From the IMG/VR virus record IMGVR_UViG_3300035703_000011: a stretch of 64,000 bases of DNA. The stretch is one strand, 5' to 3'. This document shows, piece by piece, positions 63,286-64,000 of this stretch. The stretch comes from a virus. Under the pieces are notes generated by a model that searched no databases, had not been told where the DNA came from, and saw only the letters and a program-made list of their open reading frames with translations. Position numbers and translations under genes: made by a program. Every line of letters starts with the position of its first letter. The stretch's first letter is position 1.

Positions 63286-63358
63286 TGTCCATGAGAGGAT
63301 TCGAACCTCCAACAAATAGATCCTTAGTCTATTGCCTCTTCCATTGGGCTACATGGAC
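63286..63358 (-). tRNA. tRNA with anticodon AAG (Leu codon CUU) and a short variable arm
   Basis: GTCCATG-TA-GCCC-AATGGAAG-AGGC-A-ATAGA-CTAAGGA-TCTAT-TTGTT-GGAGG-TTCGAAT-CCTCT-CATGGAC-A. Confidence 0.7.
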
Positions 63359-63360
63359 AA

Positions 63361-63432
63361 TTCCAGAACTAGGATTCGAACCTAGACATACACCTTCAAA
63401 GGGTGCTGACCTGCCAATTAGTCGATTCTGGA
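63361..63432 (-). tRNA. tRNA-Gln (UUG)
   Basis: TCCAGAA-TC-GACT-AATTGGCA-GGTC-A-GCACC-CTTTGAA-GGTGT-ATGT-CTAGG-TTCGAAT-CCTAG-TTCTGGA-A. It has U1-A72, as in bacterial tRNA-Gln. Confidence 0.85.
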
Positions 63433-63437
63433 GTAGG

Positions 63438-63513
63438 AGTCTAGGGTGGGATTCGAACCCACGATGATAAGAGTTTTGCAGACTCTCGCATTCGACCACT
63501 CTGCCACCTAGAC
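63438..63513 (-). tRNA. tRNA-Cys (GCA)
   Basis: GTCTAGG-TG-GCAG-AGTGGTCGA-ATGC-G-AGAGT-CTGCAAA-ACTCT-TATCATC-GTGGG-TTCGAAT-CCCAC-CCTAGAC-T. The U73 discriminator fits Cys. Confidence 0.8.
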
Positions 63514-63518
63514 ATTTG

Positions 63519-63543
63519 AACTATCTGGTATTTCCAGATAGTT
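63519..63543 (-). other. 10-bp perfect hairpin in the only long spacer of the tRNA array
   Basis: aactatctgg-tattt-ccagatagtt lies between tRNA-Thr and tRNA-Cys. Confidence 0.6.
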
Positions 63544-63546
63544 GAG

Positions 63547-63617
63547 AGCCCAATAACAGAATTGAACTGTTCTCTGCAGTTTACTAAACTGCTGCATCAC
63601 CACAATGCTTATCGGGC
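63547..63617 (-). tRNA. tRNA-Thr (AGU)
   Basis: GCCCGAT-AA-GCAT-TGTGGTG-ATGC-A-GCAGT-TTAGTAA-ACTGC-AGAG-AACAG-TTCAATT-CTGTT-ATTGGGC-T. It has A34, and A8 in place of the usual U8. Confidence 0.7.
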
Positions 63618-63619
63618 GG

Positions 63620-63691
63620 GGTGCCATATGAGATTTGAACTCATCTACCCAGTTTCACAAACTGGTTCCTTAACCACTAGGATAATGGCAC
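63620..63691 (-). tRNA. tRNA-His (GUG)
   Basis: GTGCCAT-TA-TCCT-AGTGGTTA-AGGA-A-CCAGT-TTGTGAA-ACTGG-GTAG-ATGAG-TTCAAAT-CTCAT-ATGGCAC-C. It has C73, but position -1 is encoded as U, not G. Confidence 0.85.
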
Positions 63692-63692
63692 A

Positions 63693-63764
63693 AGGCAGTG
63701 GGTAGAATTGAACTACCGACATAGAGGGTATGAATCTCTTGTTCTACCACTGAACTACACTGCC
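63693..63764 (-). tRNA. tRNA with anticodon CAU (elongator Met or lysidine-type Ile2)
   Basis: GGCAGTG-TA-GTTC-AGTGGTA-GAAC-A-AGAGA-TTCATAC-CCTCT-ATGTC-GGTAG-TTCAATT-CTACC-CACTGCC-T. There are no initiator features. Confidence 0.8.
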
Positions 63765-63766
63765 AA

Positions 63767-63851
63767 CGGAGAGTAGAGGATTCGAACCTCTGGTGCTGTT
63801 ACACACAAGACCTTTCCAAGATCTCACCATAAACCACTCGGACAACTCTCC
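63767..63851 (-). tRNA. tRNA-Ser (GGA), class II
   Basis: Acceptor GGAGAGT/ACTCTCC, anticodon arm AGATC-TTGGAAA-GGTCT, a long variable arm, T-arm AGAGG-TTCGAAT-CCTCT and G73. Confidence 0.8.
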
Positions 63852-63854
63852 AGG

Positions 63855-63943
63855 CGGAAGTGGTTGGATTTGAACCAACGGTGCCAATTACTTGACACGG
63901 AATCTTAGCAGGATTCTGCAATAAGCCTCTCTGCCACACTTCC
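63855..63943 (-). tRNA. tRNA-Ser (GCU), class II
   Basis: Acceptor GGAAGTG/CACTTCC, anticodon arm GAATC-CTGCTAA-GATTC, variable arm GTGTCAA-GTAA-TTGGCAC, T-arm GTTGG-TTCAAAT-CCAAC and G73. Confidence 0.8.
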
Positions 63944-64000
63944 ATAAAGGGGATAGTCATTCCCCTGCCTTTATTCTCCTTGTTGGAATACTTATCTATT

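Noticed and set aside
63225-63467. 80-aa plus-strand ORF.
   Set aside because: It lies entirely across four minus-strand tRNA genes.
63945-63974. Imperfect hairpin (ATAAAGGGGA...TCCCCTGCCTTTAT) just upstream of the tRNA array, considered as a terminator or promoter element.
   Set aside because: No T-run follows it on the minus strand, no clear -35/-10 or NATAAATA box could be placed, and the window ends 26 nt later.
1-64000. I searched the ORF set for reverse transcriptase/DGR components, integrases, transposases, homing endonucleases, CRISPR-Cas and known toxin-antitoxin or defence genes.
   Set aside because: None of the translated ORFs shows the corresponding signature motifs. The only mobility footprint I could support is the repeat-flanked cassette at 18125-18986.

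Overview
This AT-rich 64-kb segment looks like part of a T4-like cyanomyovirus genome. The evidence is psbA, hli, phoH, thyX and a glutaredoxin alongside T4-type gp32/gp59/gp33/gp4/gp5-like genes, NATAAATA late-promoter boxes and two large glycan (LPS-type) gene clusters, as reported for P-SSM2-like Prochlorococcus/Synechococcus phages. Exact identity cannot be established without a database search. Almost all coding is on the minus strand, with very tight or overlapping gene junctions.

Layout:
- 1-24.0 kb: giant tail-fibre/structural genes. These include two collagen-like proteins, one of them 1,621 aa with a self-cleaving S74 chaperone domain, plus 1,350-aa and 1,702-aa beta-helix/fibre proteins and glycine-rich proteins. 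Accessory enzyme genes sit among them: two sulfotransferases, an Asp/Asn beta-hydroxylase-like cupin, and a 2OG-oxygenase-like cassette bracketed by 67-bp direct repeats.
- 24.9 kb: a solitary tRNA.
- 25.2-35.0 kb: baseplate hub, spike and tape-measure-like module.
- 35.1-38.1 kb (plus strand): gp4, gp2-like, gp48-like and gp53-like genes.
- 38.1-44.1 kb: gp32, gp59, gp33, a nuclease, PhoH, ThyX and glutaredoxin.
- 44.2-50.6 kb: glycan cluster 1 (GT2-methyltransferase fusion, UDP-galactopyranose mutase, GT2-TPR, tandem 2OG oxygenases, metallophosphoesterase).
- 50.9-52.0 kb: psbA with its own sigma70-like promoter, 5' hairpin and terminator.
- 52.5-53.7 kb: lysozyme and a C39-like peptidase.
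- 53.9-63.1 kb: one apparent operon running from a near-consensus sigma70 promoter through gmd, fcl/colC, a ColD-type 3-dehydratase, fucosyltransferase-like and GT25/GT2 genes to hli, a 28-aa membrane micro-ORF and a strong terminator.
- 63.1-63.9 kb: array of ten tightly packed tRNA genes, several with unusual features.

All calls rest on hand translation, motif recognition and hand folding. No searches were run.
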